DNA of 63,066 bases, the filler included, from Choristocarpus tenellus KU-1152 (taxonomy: Eukaryota; Protista; Phaeophyceae): assembly GCA_964200185.2 (NCBI GenBank). It is 10 parts of 10 records of this genome, joined end to end, with 100 filler letters (N's around TTAATTAATTAA, not from the genome) between each part and the next. Parts side by side here need not be neighbours in the genome. Positions count along the whole stretch, not along the records: positions 22,390 to 31,365 come from CAXNAD020004142.1; positions 31,466 to 36,706 come from CAXNAD020011386.1; positions 36,807 to 39,974 come from CAXNAD020021814.1; 7 more parts are not named here. One strand, written 5' to 3'. Within the stretch, counting starts at the first letter, position 1. Each line of letters begins with the position of its first letter. Shown here one piece after another: positions 25,085 to 38,500 of the stretch. Both the position numbers and the translations under genes were made by a program. Below the pieces are notes generated by a model. It was not told where the DNA came from and did no database searches. It saw only the letters and a program-made list of their open reading frames with translations.

Positions 25085-27162
25085 GAGGGAAGGGGTCAAG
25101 AGTTGATGATAAGGGTGAGGGATGGAAAGTTGGTTCTCTTCCCACTTGATAGTTCGGGAAGGGAGGAAATTTCAAAACTCTGAGTTATCAGTGAGCAACG
25201 CATCACATGGGTAAACAAATAGCAACGAGCCAAGTACATTTGGGGAGACACGCAGACTTACGTACACTTGTGCACCATACAATTGTATCGTCGTTAGAAA
25301 TTCAAGCTCCACACAAAAGAAATATCAGGCATTAGGTTCTTGCAACGTCTTGGAGCTGACAAGTACGGAGATAGCACTAGCTCGCTCTGATAATACTACT
25401 GCCTATTGAAATGCCGATTTTGGACGGTGCAAAGAATCTTACCCGGGTTGGATTTGTCGACATAATTTCTGGTCTTGTTTAAATACTGTCTTGTGGTCGA
25501 CAGTACCACCATCAACGCAAGAAGAAGACGGATATACATTGTAGCAGGAGTAGTATATCGGACCTTGAGGAATCAGATGATTGGTATTGAAAGGGTGGGC
25601 GACTAGGTTAGGCGTTCTCACGGCAGGTGTGGGGAACGATGCAGTAGGAAAAAAATTCAAGCTGCCAAGGGTGCAAGGGGACGCCAACATATCCTACGTA
25701 CGTAGGTGTGAGGAGTATGTGCGTCAGCAAGAGCTCGTGGTGGCGTTTTGAGGAAGCCAAGGGCCCGAAAGTAAGAACAAGACGATGGACTGTGGTACAA
25801 TTTTCGAGGGGAATGAACAACAGAACACACCTGTTCCGACTAATTTGAGTTGGTGTTTTCCCCCGTCGCTCTTACAAAAGAGATCAATGGAGTATTGTTG
25901 TAGTGAAGTACCAAGAACACAATAGTGAGCTTGCAAAGCACAAGAAGGAGGAGATAAGGAAGCTGCTTGACCACTTGAGTGGTTGGATGGGAGTTGGTGA
26001 GATGTGGTGGGTGGGGCGTGAGGCATCGAAATCTCCGGTTGAATACCCCCCAAAAAATGAATGTCACTCCAAGTTGATGTAGACAAGGTGATATGGTAGT
26101 ACAATATAGTAAATAGAATATTCAACTTTTCATTGCTGTGTGATGGGCGTAAGGATGTGAGAAAAGAGCGATGGGAGACCAATAAACCTCGAGTATTTCA
26201 GCATAGTACTTGATGGGAAGATATAATATTATGTACTGAAGTATATACCACATATTTCTTTTTCGTCTACGAACTACGAGCTAGGAGAAGGAATATATAT
26301 TGTATTATTCAAACACACAACTTGATCAAAATATATTGATTTTTTGGGGGTGTGAGATTCAAATGTAAGTGTTCTGGAAACTTAGGCCATATGTTTTAGT
26401 ATGTTCTTCCGCTATTCTGAAATACTATAGAGTATATTGTTGTAATAGTACACATTTTGAGGTACAAGAAATATTTCTAGTGGGCCTATACGGTCTGATC
26501 CTCTCTGTGTATGAGTCTGCTAGATCCATTTGCACGTATATTGGAGATGACAGTGACCACAGACTGTGATTGGAAATACTTCAAAATGCGCATCAGCAGT
26601 TAGTGTTGTAGTACAACCTAACTGGTACTGAAATAGTAAATAGATATTGGAGAGATATCTTTCGCATTTACGACAACTACAGGGTCCTTATGATATTGGT
26701 TTGCTTTTTCCCTGACAAATTTCCAAAATGTCAGAGGGCATATTAATATATATATATATATATATATATTAGGAGTTCATCATAATAACGTAATGCATAT
26801 TTTTGATTTGATGACGTGCAAATTCTGTTAAAATAGTTTTGTTTGAATGGAAACAATAAATTATGAGTAAGAATTCGACGTATTCGATAATAATGGAACT
26901 GCTCTGTGCGAAATGTATGGGGCGAGGTGCGCCACAAGGGAAGAAATTTCTATGCTGATGAAGGTCCCTACTATCGTCGACTTTTTTCAGGTACTCTTCA
27001 TTTGCGCACCCCTTCCCCCTTACTAGACGTTCACTTTGATGTGATGATGTCTGAGAGAATTTTACGTGGATGTTTTATAAAAGATAAAAAGGATTACTGA
27101 AGAGTTGTCAGTAGTACTTGACAATTTGTTACACATTTTCTCTGTTATTGGTGTATATCAGC

Positions 27163-27297
27163 CGATTTCAAAAATTGAGGATGGAGCTTTTCATTGAGGA
27201 TATGCATTAAAAAAAAAACATATCGGCACTTTATCCCAGTCAATTTTGGGTCAAGCCCATCCTCAATGAAAAGCTCCATCCGCAATTTTTGAAATCG
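27163..27297. mobile_element. 135-bp fold-back element (39-bp inverted arms) related to repeat family C
   Basis: CGATTTCAAAAATTGAGGATGGAGCTTTTCATTGAGGAT (27163-27201) versus ATCCTCAATGAAAAGCTCCATCCGCAATTTTTGAAATCG (27259-27297): one mismatch. Confidence 0.7.
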
Positions 27298-29412
27298 CCA
27301 CCAGGTGACTTAACTCCTCTCACATATTGCTACCTAAGCTCCTACAAACATCTTTTGTCTATTATGGGAGGATGTCCCTTGCTCGAGATGGACGATAGGT
27401 GAACATTGTTTTTTGGCCGTTTTGCAGTATAATCCAGTTTTTTACTCTTTTGCAATTGACCCATATTTCTATGGATGAAGTGCTAAGTTTGTGTTGAGAG
27501 TGTTACGCTACCTTTCACATTTCAAGTTTTCCACAATTCGGCAAATATTGTGCACACATTTGTAGAAAAATGCCGAATACTGCACGTATTTCTCGGCATC
27601 CTCACAGTCCAACCCTGGATACCTCTCATTCACGTTGATGTATAAGCTAGGTGTCACAGCTTCCTTGGAAAGCCACTAGACCATGAAACTACATGTGTCA
27701 CCAACCATGTATGGTGTTGGTTTGCTGCCCTTCTTTCAATATTTCTGATCATAACTTCAAGCCTATAACATTCAGTAACTTCAGCACTATCTGCAACAAC
27801 CTGCCCCTGTTACCACAAAATCTGTCTGATCATCCTTCTTGCGGAGGACTTGATGACTGCATCCTTTCAAAACTGTGGCACATCTTCCTGGTACCACACA
27901 CAATCAACATAATATCATGGAAACTCTAGAGAATAATCTACCCCTAACCACATTCAGATCAAGGCTCTGGATCTCGACCAAAAGGTTATTTGGATCCGTC
28001 ACCTTCCCATTTCCCATTACCCGAATTACTTCAGTTTCTTCTAGATTTGGTGAATCATTAAGTGTCATTTACGAGAAATTAGTTGAGTGGCACGAAGTAC
28101 ACAAGTATCCAAATATTAATTATAGCCCTTATTATCAGTGTTTTTGTTGGATGTACGGAGTGCCTCTGTCCATGAAGTGTAGCCTATTCTGGAATACATC
28201 CCATGTGTTTCACAAACATTCCAGATACACAATATACTGAAGGACAAGACAAAGTCTTGATCAACCTTACAGAAAACGTGTTGTCTTCCCTTGTTTCTGA
28301 TCTTGTCAAGAGTCCAAGAAATTTATACTCGTAGGTCTACATCATAAAGAGGACATGGACCTCCATAACTGAGTTTACGGGAAAACAATACATTCCCACC
28401 TCTCGCTTGTAGGGAGTAAGGTAAGAAAAGAAGTCAATGTGTTCATAACCGTATCCACCTTTCACTCAGTAGAACTCAAGCACACTCAAGCCACATCTGA
28501 TGAGATGAATGCCACCATCCAGCCCGATAAAACACATACGCAACCAGTCTCTACCCTATGTTGAGGCCCAGTCAATTTTACCACCCCCCATTGCATGACC
28601 GTTCTCCGGCTACAACAAAGAGATTGCAACGTGTTAGATGACATCCACCATCAACCTAAACTCCCATCTTTGATGGTACAGGGAGGTGCACATATGTGCC
28701 TTGCGACACATCTTCTCCAGCAAAAAACAAAGAATCCACAAACTATCATATGCTGTAGTAGTTAGGGTTAGGGTTAGGTAGGCTGCAGTAGTAGTTGTAG
28801 TAGTAGTGGTGACGCAATCAACAAACAGTACAAGAGACCTTCTATTGGATCGTAGGACTTTGAACAATACACAAGGCGAGGACCTGTGGTCCACGGAACA
28901 ACGGAAATGAACTTCTTTTGAACAACCAAGCATTGCCTTCTCCTGTAGAAGAGCGAGTAACCAAAACAAGCAAATTTAAATATAATTTTACCATGGCCAA
29001 GGGATACATATCTAGATACACTAACCAACAAACTAGGCGCACCAGTTGCACATACACATGTGTTGTAGCTTGCTCGCACTTTCTGCCTGGTAGAAGGGAT
29101 CTGCCTTTCCTGGTAAGTTCCTATAATCACCTCAGCGCTACTTTTGCTCTGCAGTAACACATCTCCTACCAACAGTTCCACCAACCTTGCCCTCCTGAAG
29201 CACACACAAGCCCTGACCAAAACGCATACTACAACTGGATCCCATCTTCAGCACATTCTGTTCTTACAGGTAGTGCAAAATCCGGAAAAATAGAGATTTT
29301 GCATGACATAGAACATGCACATCTGTACTCTGTATGGGGTATATGCAATGAGATTGTGATATAGATCATGTGTGGTGCTAGAAAGAAATGAATGAAAAAT
29401 AGCATAGTGAGT

Positions 29413-30895
29413 CTATCCTCGCGGAGTGTATTGACTGCCGCCTCCACCCCCTCTTTGTGTACTGGAGAAATCTGACGTCTGCAGCTGGAAGAGTCTAGGG
29501 CCCTTCTTGAGGAGGTAACATTCCTGTGAAAAAGAAAACAGAGTGGAGTAAAAAACAATTTATTTATTATTTTCTTAGTTTGGGGAGAGATAGGTACAAT
29601 AATCTATCCGTAGCGAACTTCAACTTCAACTTAGTGCACTACCCCTATGCCTGCACCACATAGCACCTTACCAAAATTAGAGCAGATGGTTGGAGTGCGA
29701 GTGCGATACAAACAGGCTATCCACTGATTCTGTTCGTGTTGGGTGTGCGTGTTCTTGTTCGTGTATAAAATTAATAAAGCAGGTGAGGTGCATATCCATT
29801 CCTTGATTTGAGCTGATTAGATGGCTTCTTTCTCCAACCTCCCCTGCCCTTACAACGTCGGCACTATCCAGATGAAAATGTATTGCACAAAGTCAACACT
29901 GCATCCAATCGAAATTCAATTGGGTTCCTTTCTGGGCTCAGCTTTCAACACTCCAATCTCAACTGCCACCCTTCTTCTCCGGAAGGAGATCGATGAAACG
30001 CCTCTTTACATTGCTTGCACACACCTCATTATCCCCTCCCAACACAGTCTCAACTTCAAGATTTGAATAATTTCTCTTTTTGATTGTATCAAGGGTTCTG
30101 GAAGTGTGGCAAACTCGCCTATGTATTGGACCTGAAAGAGTACCACGATCGATCATGGGGGTTAGATCAATGGTCTACTACACACCTGTGTGTGCGTAAT
30201 GATTGTCCCATACGTGTTGGTCCCCACTATACAAGTGGCACAATATCTCTCACAAGCGCTTCACAATTTGCTAATGTTGTAAGAGTGGACAACTCTCTCT
30301 AAACACAGAGCAAACTTGGAATAAATCCAGTGATGATGACCTAAAAAAACAAGTCCTAGCATGACTCCAGCCCAGTGGGCGCTGTGTAAGGGTAATGCAA
30401 CATTTCATTGCAATGCTTCGCCATCGGGCATACTCTCATTATTGGGGAGTAGAGCAATATTTCACTAACAGATTCATTTACACCAGTATAACACAACCTA
30501 TATGGATTGCCTTCCCAGCGTGAGCCTCTCCTTCCTTCATGACCAAGGTATGAATCATAAGAGTACAATTCTTGGTTCACGGAAGAAGTCAACTGCATCA
30601 CTTAATTCATACCTACAGAGTAACAAGCACAATCGAATTGAAGAATTATACATGGTCAGTCAGTACAACACAATCGAAACACTGGTGCAGTGGCAGTACG
30701 TCCAGAGTGGACAAACACATAAAAAATAAAGTACACAAAAAAATATCGTGCCTGTCGGAGGACATCAAGGAAGCCATGGAAGTCTGTGATGGGGAGACAC
30801 ATGTCATCTGCCAATTGCTTCAGCTCCTGCTGTGGGAAGATGGCGGAGCCCTTGTGAGAGGCCCTCTTGGTGAGGTTACCCACAAAGGCCTTCAC
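29413..30895 (-). CDS. MCM8: MCM8 DNA helicase, C-terminal winged-helix exons (last two exons)
   Basis: Exons 30752-30895 (VKAFVGNLTKRASHKGSAIFPQQELKQLADDMCLPITDFHGFLDVLRQ) and 29413-29523 (ECYLLKKGPRLFQLQTS...*). Matches the known MCM8 C-terminal pattern F...L......F...L..IA.......DF..F...LN.QGYLLKKGP..YQLQT. Requires a GC donor. Confidence 0.85.
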
Positions 30896-31465
30896 CTGTA
30901 GTACAAAAATTCAAAAGCATTTGAAATCATGCCAAGATTGTTGGGTCAGGAATATGGATGAAGAGGAACATTTCCACCCAATAGAATGGTCGATATCTCA
31001 CACTTGGCCAATGAGGACCACTAAATCCAACCAACATTGCCTCCTGGTGTGACCCTGCCTCCACCATGTCCTATTTCTGACTACTCCTGCTGCACTGCTT
31101 CACCTGTATTAGTCTTCAAAGCACAAGAGCGAGCAATGACATACAATGAATAACATGTACCAAAATTCGAACGGCCAGCATCCATCTTAGTCTCGCTTGT
31201 ACCAAAGATGCCTTCTTTAACTTCAATGTTCAATAGTGGGGTTATCATACTGCAAGGGGATTGCTATTAATAGTTGTAACCCCTTAGACAATGGAACAAT
31301 AAAATAGAGCACAACAATCCCCTGAGACGGGAGTGAAGATGAAAGACTCAAAGTATCTGGGGGGGNNNNNNNNNNNNNNNNNNNNNNNNNNNNNNNNNNN
31401 NNNNNNNNNTTAATTAATTAANNNNNNNNNNNNNNNNNNNNNNNNNNNNNNNNNNNNNNNNNNNN

Positions 31466-31610
31466 CAAATGGACAAACAGGGCAAAACTTGTTCCCTCTA
31501 GGATACTTTCACTCCCTAACAAATATGATAGCCAAAATTACATCAAAATATCAACATTGGATTTTGGCCCCCGAATGGACGCGGCTCTACCCTCTGAGAT
31601 ACTTTGACTC
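31466..31610. mobile_element. Two nested, opposite-orientation MITE family B ends at the contig start
   Basis: One terminus GATACTTTCACTC ends at 31514 and is followed directly by the second half of an oppositely oriented copy, ending GATACTTTGACTC at 31610. Confidence 0.75.
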
Positions 31611-32356
31611 CTATCAGATATGGCCCCATTTTCTGACTTGACATAGGGGTAACTAAGATATCCTTTGATGGTAGTTGAGTAATATATTTGTAGTTATCCA
31701 TTGCCAGTTCCCCTCATTGTACCATAAACAAACACAACCAAAGCGCAAAATGTGTCATTTCGTTCTACAGGTGCCAAATATGCAGTGTTGAGACCACTCA
31801 GACGGATAAAGATCCCCGGCAGGCCAAGGGGATTGGGTTTGGCGAGGTAGGATCCTCCTATTTCTCATTCTCATCAGCGTTTACACAAGATGATCCAATG
31901 CAGCCTTGGGATCCCTCAACATTCAATATTCCCTTTTCATGTGCAATGCTAACCCTTGAATTGTCACCTCCTTTTTTCAATGAAAATGGTGAAATATGTT
32001 TGGAGTATAAATCTAATGTTCTGAAGTATCTTCTTGTATGTAGTATTCTAATTACCACTCCTACTAGATACCATTGGGGTATGTAATTTAAGGGTGGGCA
32101 AGTGGAAGTGAAGGATAAGAAAGATGTTTGAGATGGACAGCAGGCATATTCAAGATCTAATATCCACCCAACATGCTGGATTTGAGAAAAACAGGATCCA
32201 GCCCTGGTTGAAGCAGTGGAAAGGCATAGAAAGAATGAGAATGGGTATCATTTCGAGAGCACAGAGCAGTTGAGGAGAGTTGAGGAGGAGAGGATTCGAC
32301 TGGAAAAGGAGCGGAGGGTGAGTGACACCTAACCCGTAAGTTAGAGGGTGCAAGCA

Positions 32357-33524
32357 TTACTGATTTGCAGAGTCAGTGTATATCACCATGTGCCAATACA
32401 CTGCAGTAAAGTACAGTTGATTAGAGTAACCCCGATCAGAGCCTTCCTGTCTTGCAGCTATACATATCCTATGGCCTAGATGTAGCACTGCATGCATTTT
32501 TCTGACTTTGGCATCCTGCTGCTTTTCTAGGTTTTGTTTGTGGACTACGACAAACAGTTCTATGACCTGGACGACCCTGAGAATATGTTTCAGTTTGACC
32601 GACGGCATAGGCATTGGCTGAAGAAACATGGTGTCATCCGGCAGGGAGTGTTGTGGAGAAAGGAGGAGCTAGTACGTTGGTTTGAGGGGTAGGTCCTGCA
32701 GCACATACCATTAGCCAGTTACGCCGCATATTTGGTTGATCAATACTCCAGACTAGAACCAACAAGTTTTGAGTGGACATTAACTCTTCTTCAGTCATGA
32801 TACTTGAAGATGTTCTTGGTTGGTTCTTCCAGTAATGCTGTACAGAGGGCATGCTTGCAGTATGTGTCATGAGTACTGGTTGCCATGGTACGAAAATCGA
32901 TCGGAGATGAAGTAATCAGTTCAGAATACAGTTTCCACCATGAAAGTTCAAGGCTATGTATGCCAAGGTTTCCAGAGAAGTCCAATGCAGAGGAGTCCAC
33001 ATCATGGTACAGTTGTTGGCACCCTTTGGTACTCTTGAATGTTCAATCAAGATTACAAGTTAATGCCATATACCCTTGTGAACGTTGTCCCCAAACTTAG
33101 CCGAGAAGCAGAAGGTGACCCTGAGGCGGCTGAAATGAAAGGAAGAATGATGAGTTGGCATGCCAGTGCTACAAGGTGAGCATCATTTTACTTCCTATTA
33201 TTTTCAACAGATGAACCCCTTCACAGCTTGCATGGTCGTAGAAAGAGGGGGCTGGGGTCGATAGATCAATGGTGGAGAGGAAGAAAAAGTGGCACATAAG
33301 ATCTTGACAGGGAGCCTAACATCTAAACTTTGGTATTGGGCATGCGTGCAGTACATGAAGTACCACTTCCCACCTATTGAGGTACATACGGCCTGTGTCA
33401 TCATTTGAAATACAGCACTTATGTATAGGCATATGGTCGATTGTGGATGCAAGTGTTTGGTGATGATCTGTATCCCTCCAGCAAGCTTTTGATCAAGGGT
33501 GAATGCGTCAGCCTTGACATTCAA
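32357..33524 (-). pseudogene. Decayed coding remnant, possibly a KDZ/Zisupton-like transposase cysteine-cluster region
   Basis: Chain of stop- and frameshift-broken frames. The segment KGCQQLYHDVDSSALDFSGNLGIHSLELSWWKLYSELITSSPIDF resembles CxC4-type C..YDG.ED...NF.N...F..ELL. By eye only. Confidence 0.25.
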
Positions 33525-34901
33525 CTACCTTGGTCCCCTCTCTTACTTTCATAATCTAAAATAATCGTCTGCCTTGTTCTCCTACGTAATCTCTTGGTGT
33601 CCCTCTATTCAGGACAGGGCCACTCACATACCGTGCGTATGATGCCCGGCGTAAGGCCCGCTACTTAGACATCCTTGGCTTGTTCAATCGCATTATGAAC
33701 AGTAACATGCGCTTGGACCAACTGGGTAAATCTAAGCAGAAGCTAACCATCGAGAGAGTTTCCTACTGCCAGGTACCAGGTACAAGGAAGAAGCTTCAGA
33801 CGAATACAAGTTCTCCATTTCCGAATGCATGATCAAGTTTGGGGTTTGGCATCTCAAGGGAGTGGTAAAACGAAGGAAGTATTTCGGAGTAAGAAATGGT
33901 TTCTAGAGTTCACAACATGTTCTGAGTGTTAAATCAAGACACATCAAATTTAGAGTAAGCAGAAAGAACCAAGACACACTCACTTCTACCTCTGTATCCG
34001 CAACCCTTTTCCTATCCTGGACTCTGTTCCTACTGCTGCACTGCATCTACTCCATCGAGCAGGAGCTCGTCCGAATCCACAGTGAAATTCCCTCCCTAGA
34101 CCGTGAAGTGATAGCCTGTGAGAAAGAGCTGGGGGAAGCCACATACATGATCAAGTTGAGGCAGGTGGCTGCTGACAAGCACTCGCACTGGGTTGCTGTA
34201 TTAAAAGAGGCAACAACCGAGCTTACTCGGTCAGAAATGGAACTGGCGGGGAAGGTGAATGGATAGATCGAACAGTTGAGGATACAGGAATCAAAGGCAT
34301 AGTGGTAGATGTGTAGAAAGTAACTAAAAGGAGGAAAGGCTGGAAAGATGGAGAAATAACATTCCCAATTGGTACGATGAGGATGTGACACCTATAGAAA
34401 GTAGACAGAAATAGGTCAATCAGTACCACCTGAGACCATGCCAATCCCACCAGTCAAGGAGAGATTGATTCACATGTCTCAACCAAATGAATAGCATCAA
34501 ATGCCCTGTCAAAGTCGTGCCTAAATTCCTTCTAAACAATGAAATATAGCTCCCACCCAATATAACCTCTTGTTTCGCCTGCTCTTCGATTTTAGTCATT
34601 TTATCCACCTTGGGACTTGAGAATTCCCGAGCCATCTGAGATGTAAGCAATAATTGTGTCCCATTGTAAGTGCGTTTATTGTAGGTTACTATTTTTTGCA
34701 GGGGGTTGGTGGGAACATCTCATATGTGTATATGTGTATGTATTATTTTGCATAGTGTAGCTGCTACGGTGGGTAAAAACATTTATGAGAAGGTAACTTA
34801 TACCTTGATCACTGCCGGATAGGTAACCTGGGGGATCGTTCTTGTTACTAGATATAACTGTGATTGGTAAACAATATAACTGGACCTATACTTATCCTAT
34901 G

Positions 34902-35160
34902 GAGTCAAAGTATCGTGGAGGGTAGAGCCGCGTCCGTTTGGCGACCAAAATCCAATGTTGAAATTTTGATGTAATTTTGACTTATCGTGTTTGGTAGGAA
35001 GTGTCAATATCCATGTTCTGGACACACCTTCTTACAAGATAAACATTTTACCAACTCCGAAATGTTTCGGAGTTGGTAAATTGTCACAAAAAAAAATGGG
35101 AAGCCACGCCCCAAATGGACAAAAAGGGATAAATTCCTACCCTCTAAGATACTTTCACTT
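34902..35160. mobile_element. MITE family B
   Basis: GAGTCAAAGTATC...GATACTTTCACTT with ATG on both flanks (3-bp TSD). Confidence 0.9.
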
Positions 35161-35287
35161 ATGGCAAGGTAGATCTAACAGCAGAAATACTGCCCTTGTG
35201 TTCATATCTAAGGTTGCCTAGAGATGTGTTGATTAAAGTGCAGTGTACTCTAGCGTAGACATTTGTCTCGCTCTTGATGTTCCTTTT

Positions 35288-35545
35288 GAGACAAAGTATC
35301 TTAGAGGGTAGCAACGCGTCCATTTGGAGGTCAAATCCATTGTTGCAATTTTGATGAAAAATTGGCTATCGTGTTTGTTAGGAAGTGTCAATGTCCTTGC
35401 TTCGGACACACATTTTCATAACATATACATTTTACCTACTCCGAAACACTTTGGAGTAGGAAAAAGTCATTAAAAAAAACATGGGGAGCCAAGCCCCAAA
35501 TGGACAAACAGGGCATAACTCGTACCCTCTAAGATACTTTCGCTC
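35288..35545. mobile_element. MITE family B
   Basis: GAGACAAAGTATCTTAGAGGGTA...TACCCTCTAAGATACTTTCGCTC; TSD not evident. Confidence 0.9.
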
Positions 35546-38500
35546 TGCATGCTTGATACATCCCACAAAATCACTATTATCTTCAGGCTACTCTAACCAC
35601 TCTGTGTGTTTCCCTAGTAACATCATCTCCGCATCACCATTACTGGTAGCTCGCACTTCCGACCTTTCTATACACATACTGCGTACATAAATGATCGCAG
35701 ATGCCCAGGGTGGTGTACAATATAGGTGTTTAATATGGAGTGGAAGTCCACCACACTGTCTCTTATCGCACGATCTCTTACGGTCTCTTACCAGTGTCTA
35801 CACCTTCAGCAGCAACACTGGCAGAAAGTGGAACTACCACTGCAGGAAGAGATGCACCACTGGCAGTGATACCATATGATCCTTCATTTTGGCGCGCCTG
35901 AATTTCCTCACTCGTCATGCCTCTCCATTTTGACGCAGGTTATGGTTCCCATGACGAATTACTAACATTGAAATGTGTAACAGGAGGCACTACTCTTCAC
36001 AGTGGTGACGCGTGAGAAGATACAATTCTAGTGAGTGTACACGTTCAGGTGGTTGTAAACAGCCTTATAAATGATATAATGCCCACATTATGATAACTTT
36101 AGATTTCCCCCCTGACACATCTGTAAAATCTTAGAGGGCATGATAATAGACATAGTTTCAGATCAACCTTTGATATAATATTAGTCCTGTAATGTTTGGC
36201 AGTCGCCTGCTGTATCAACTCTGTTGTGCCATATCTTTTGATCAACAACAGATTTTTTTAATGAAAATTCGTTTGTTGTAATCGCATCAGCATGCTTAAC
36301 CTTATCTGATGGGTCTCGGTTGGTCAACTTGCCATAATCGTGAGAGATACAAGACCATTCTTAAATCAAGCAGTACGCGCGCGGTTCGCGCGGGGGGGGG
36401 GCACTCGACGCGGGCGAACCACGCATTTAAGGATGATTTTTACGCCAGAAGAGATCATCTTCACTCAGAGAACATGGGCGTTGTTGCCTCTCCATTCTCT
36501 TTCCATTATTTCCCGTTTATGCGATGTTGTCACCTGCTGGCTAAAACTCACTCATGGGAGCCCAGGCCTCTGAATCAGACAAACCATGCTAAGTCAAATG
36601 AGGTATTCTGAAGGTGCAGGCCTCCTGTGAGACTTAAATGTCTTGTACGCCCTGTCCAATTTGGTGCACACCATGCCTTTCTCGTTGGAATACATCAGGT
36701 GGTAAGNNNNNNNNNNNNNNNNNNNNNNNNNNNNNNNNNNNNNNNNNNNNTTAATTAATTAANNNNNNNNNNNNNNNNNNNNNNNNNNNNNNNNNNNNNN
36801 NNNNNNGGGCTATGGCAAGGGGGAGCCCCTCCCCCCCCTCCCCCAGATGCTTTAAACCATCACTCGAGTCCCGTTTCAACATATGTTAATCTACAAAAGA
36901 TTTAAAAAGATACCAACACAAAGTCAGACGTGGAGGTTAATGGATAGAAATGGGGTAAGGGGACGAGAAAGGTTGAAGTTGAAGGATCAGTGTGAGGGAA
37001 GTAAATATAACTGATAAGTTGGCTGCTCGATGGTTTTCTCCTACTACATATCAACCCAACCCTCCTACATACGGAGAATTAGACAAATCGGAGGTCCCCC
37101 CCAACCAGATATCAAGGAAGATGTCAGGTGACAGCTATTTTGACCCTTGACTGACCGCTAGCAAGCTCTTTTCTCGACTGACACCCTAGACCGCTAGATC
37201 GATACGTATTGGAAATATTGATATCGATTTTTTCTATTCGTCTGGTCTCATATTAAGAACAATATTTCATAATATAAACACTACTACCTACCATCGGTTG
37301 GACAATTGCCGCATATATATAAGGGTTTCCAAATATATAAGATGGCATTCCTAGGGGTTGAGGTCCAACAAAATACCCTTGTCTGCCCTCCAAGCCGTCA
37401 AGAATCTAAAACGTCAACCTTTGACCTTAAATCTTGGAATACCTGATATGTTTTTTTATTTCTCAGTCATATCCTTCCGCTGACTCTATCACTCGATTTC
37501 AAGCTAGAGACATCAGTCTGGTGAACACCGAGGGTTAGGGTCAGACTCTTGGGATTATTCCCTCCTCAATCATCGCTCACCTTTGTAGGGATAGGCAGGA
37601 GAGCAAGGTAGTAGTGTGAAAATTTGTTCGTATGGATAAATCTCCCATGGGATCATCTAAACTCAGGACAATTTTTTGTAAGTATTTTGGAAGTACCTGT
37701 AGTGTTGTATCAAAGTTGCGATAGACTTGATTTGCGTCTTTCTATCCCCCCTCACATCTATCTGCAAAATTTCAGGAGGGGAAATAATACACGAGAGATT
37801 TACTGGGGCAAACAGGTACCCAAGTTCGTGAAGGTACCCCACCCATATTTGCTATTTGTGCAATTTGTCCTATTTTTATTTTTCATTTTTAGGATCAGGG
37901 TTAGGGTTAGAATTTTTTCATATGAGAGAGGATACATACCCCTATAAACTTCAGCACTTGTATACCTGGTAAAACCTTCGAATACCAGTAGTGGGCAAGA
38001 AGGGGTCTCAGATATTCTTGGGGTTCTTGGAGTGTGAACATATGTTCGTAGAGAGCAGCCCCAAAACAATAGATTACAATTGTTGTATAGTTAGCACAGA
38101 TTTAAGAAGTGTAGAAACGGCAGTTCAATATTATTTCTTCAGCAACAGTTCATACATATTATAAGGTTTTGATCGCCATACTTTTCTGGTGTTCAATGTT
38201 ATTATTATGTTGCGCCCAAAACTGTGTGGCGAAACCAACACCGATCGACCCAAGCAGGCCTGTGCACTATTGGTTCGTCTGTTGCCAAGTATCTGCCAAA
38301 TGTGAGAAAATTACACGAATCAAAAGGGTCCTCTATTTCCAAAACCTGTCGGAATAACTGGAAATTTCTTTCTGTGAAAAATATGTTCTGGACTAAATAA
38401 AATACAGTACATGGCCATGGGTTTTACTTGATTAGATAATGGACCGTAGAAAATATTATCTGCTACAGGAGGAATTAGGGTGTGGGATGGTGACCTTTAC

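Noticed and set aside
34047-34300. Coiled-coil-like plus-strand frame (EQELVRIHSEIPSLDREV...)
   Set aside because: Interrupted by stops, no convincing splice sites and no family assignment; probably a repeat relic.
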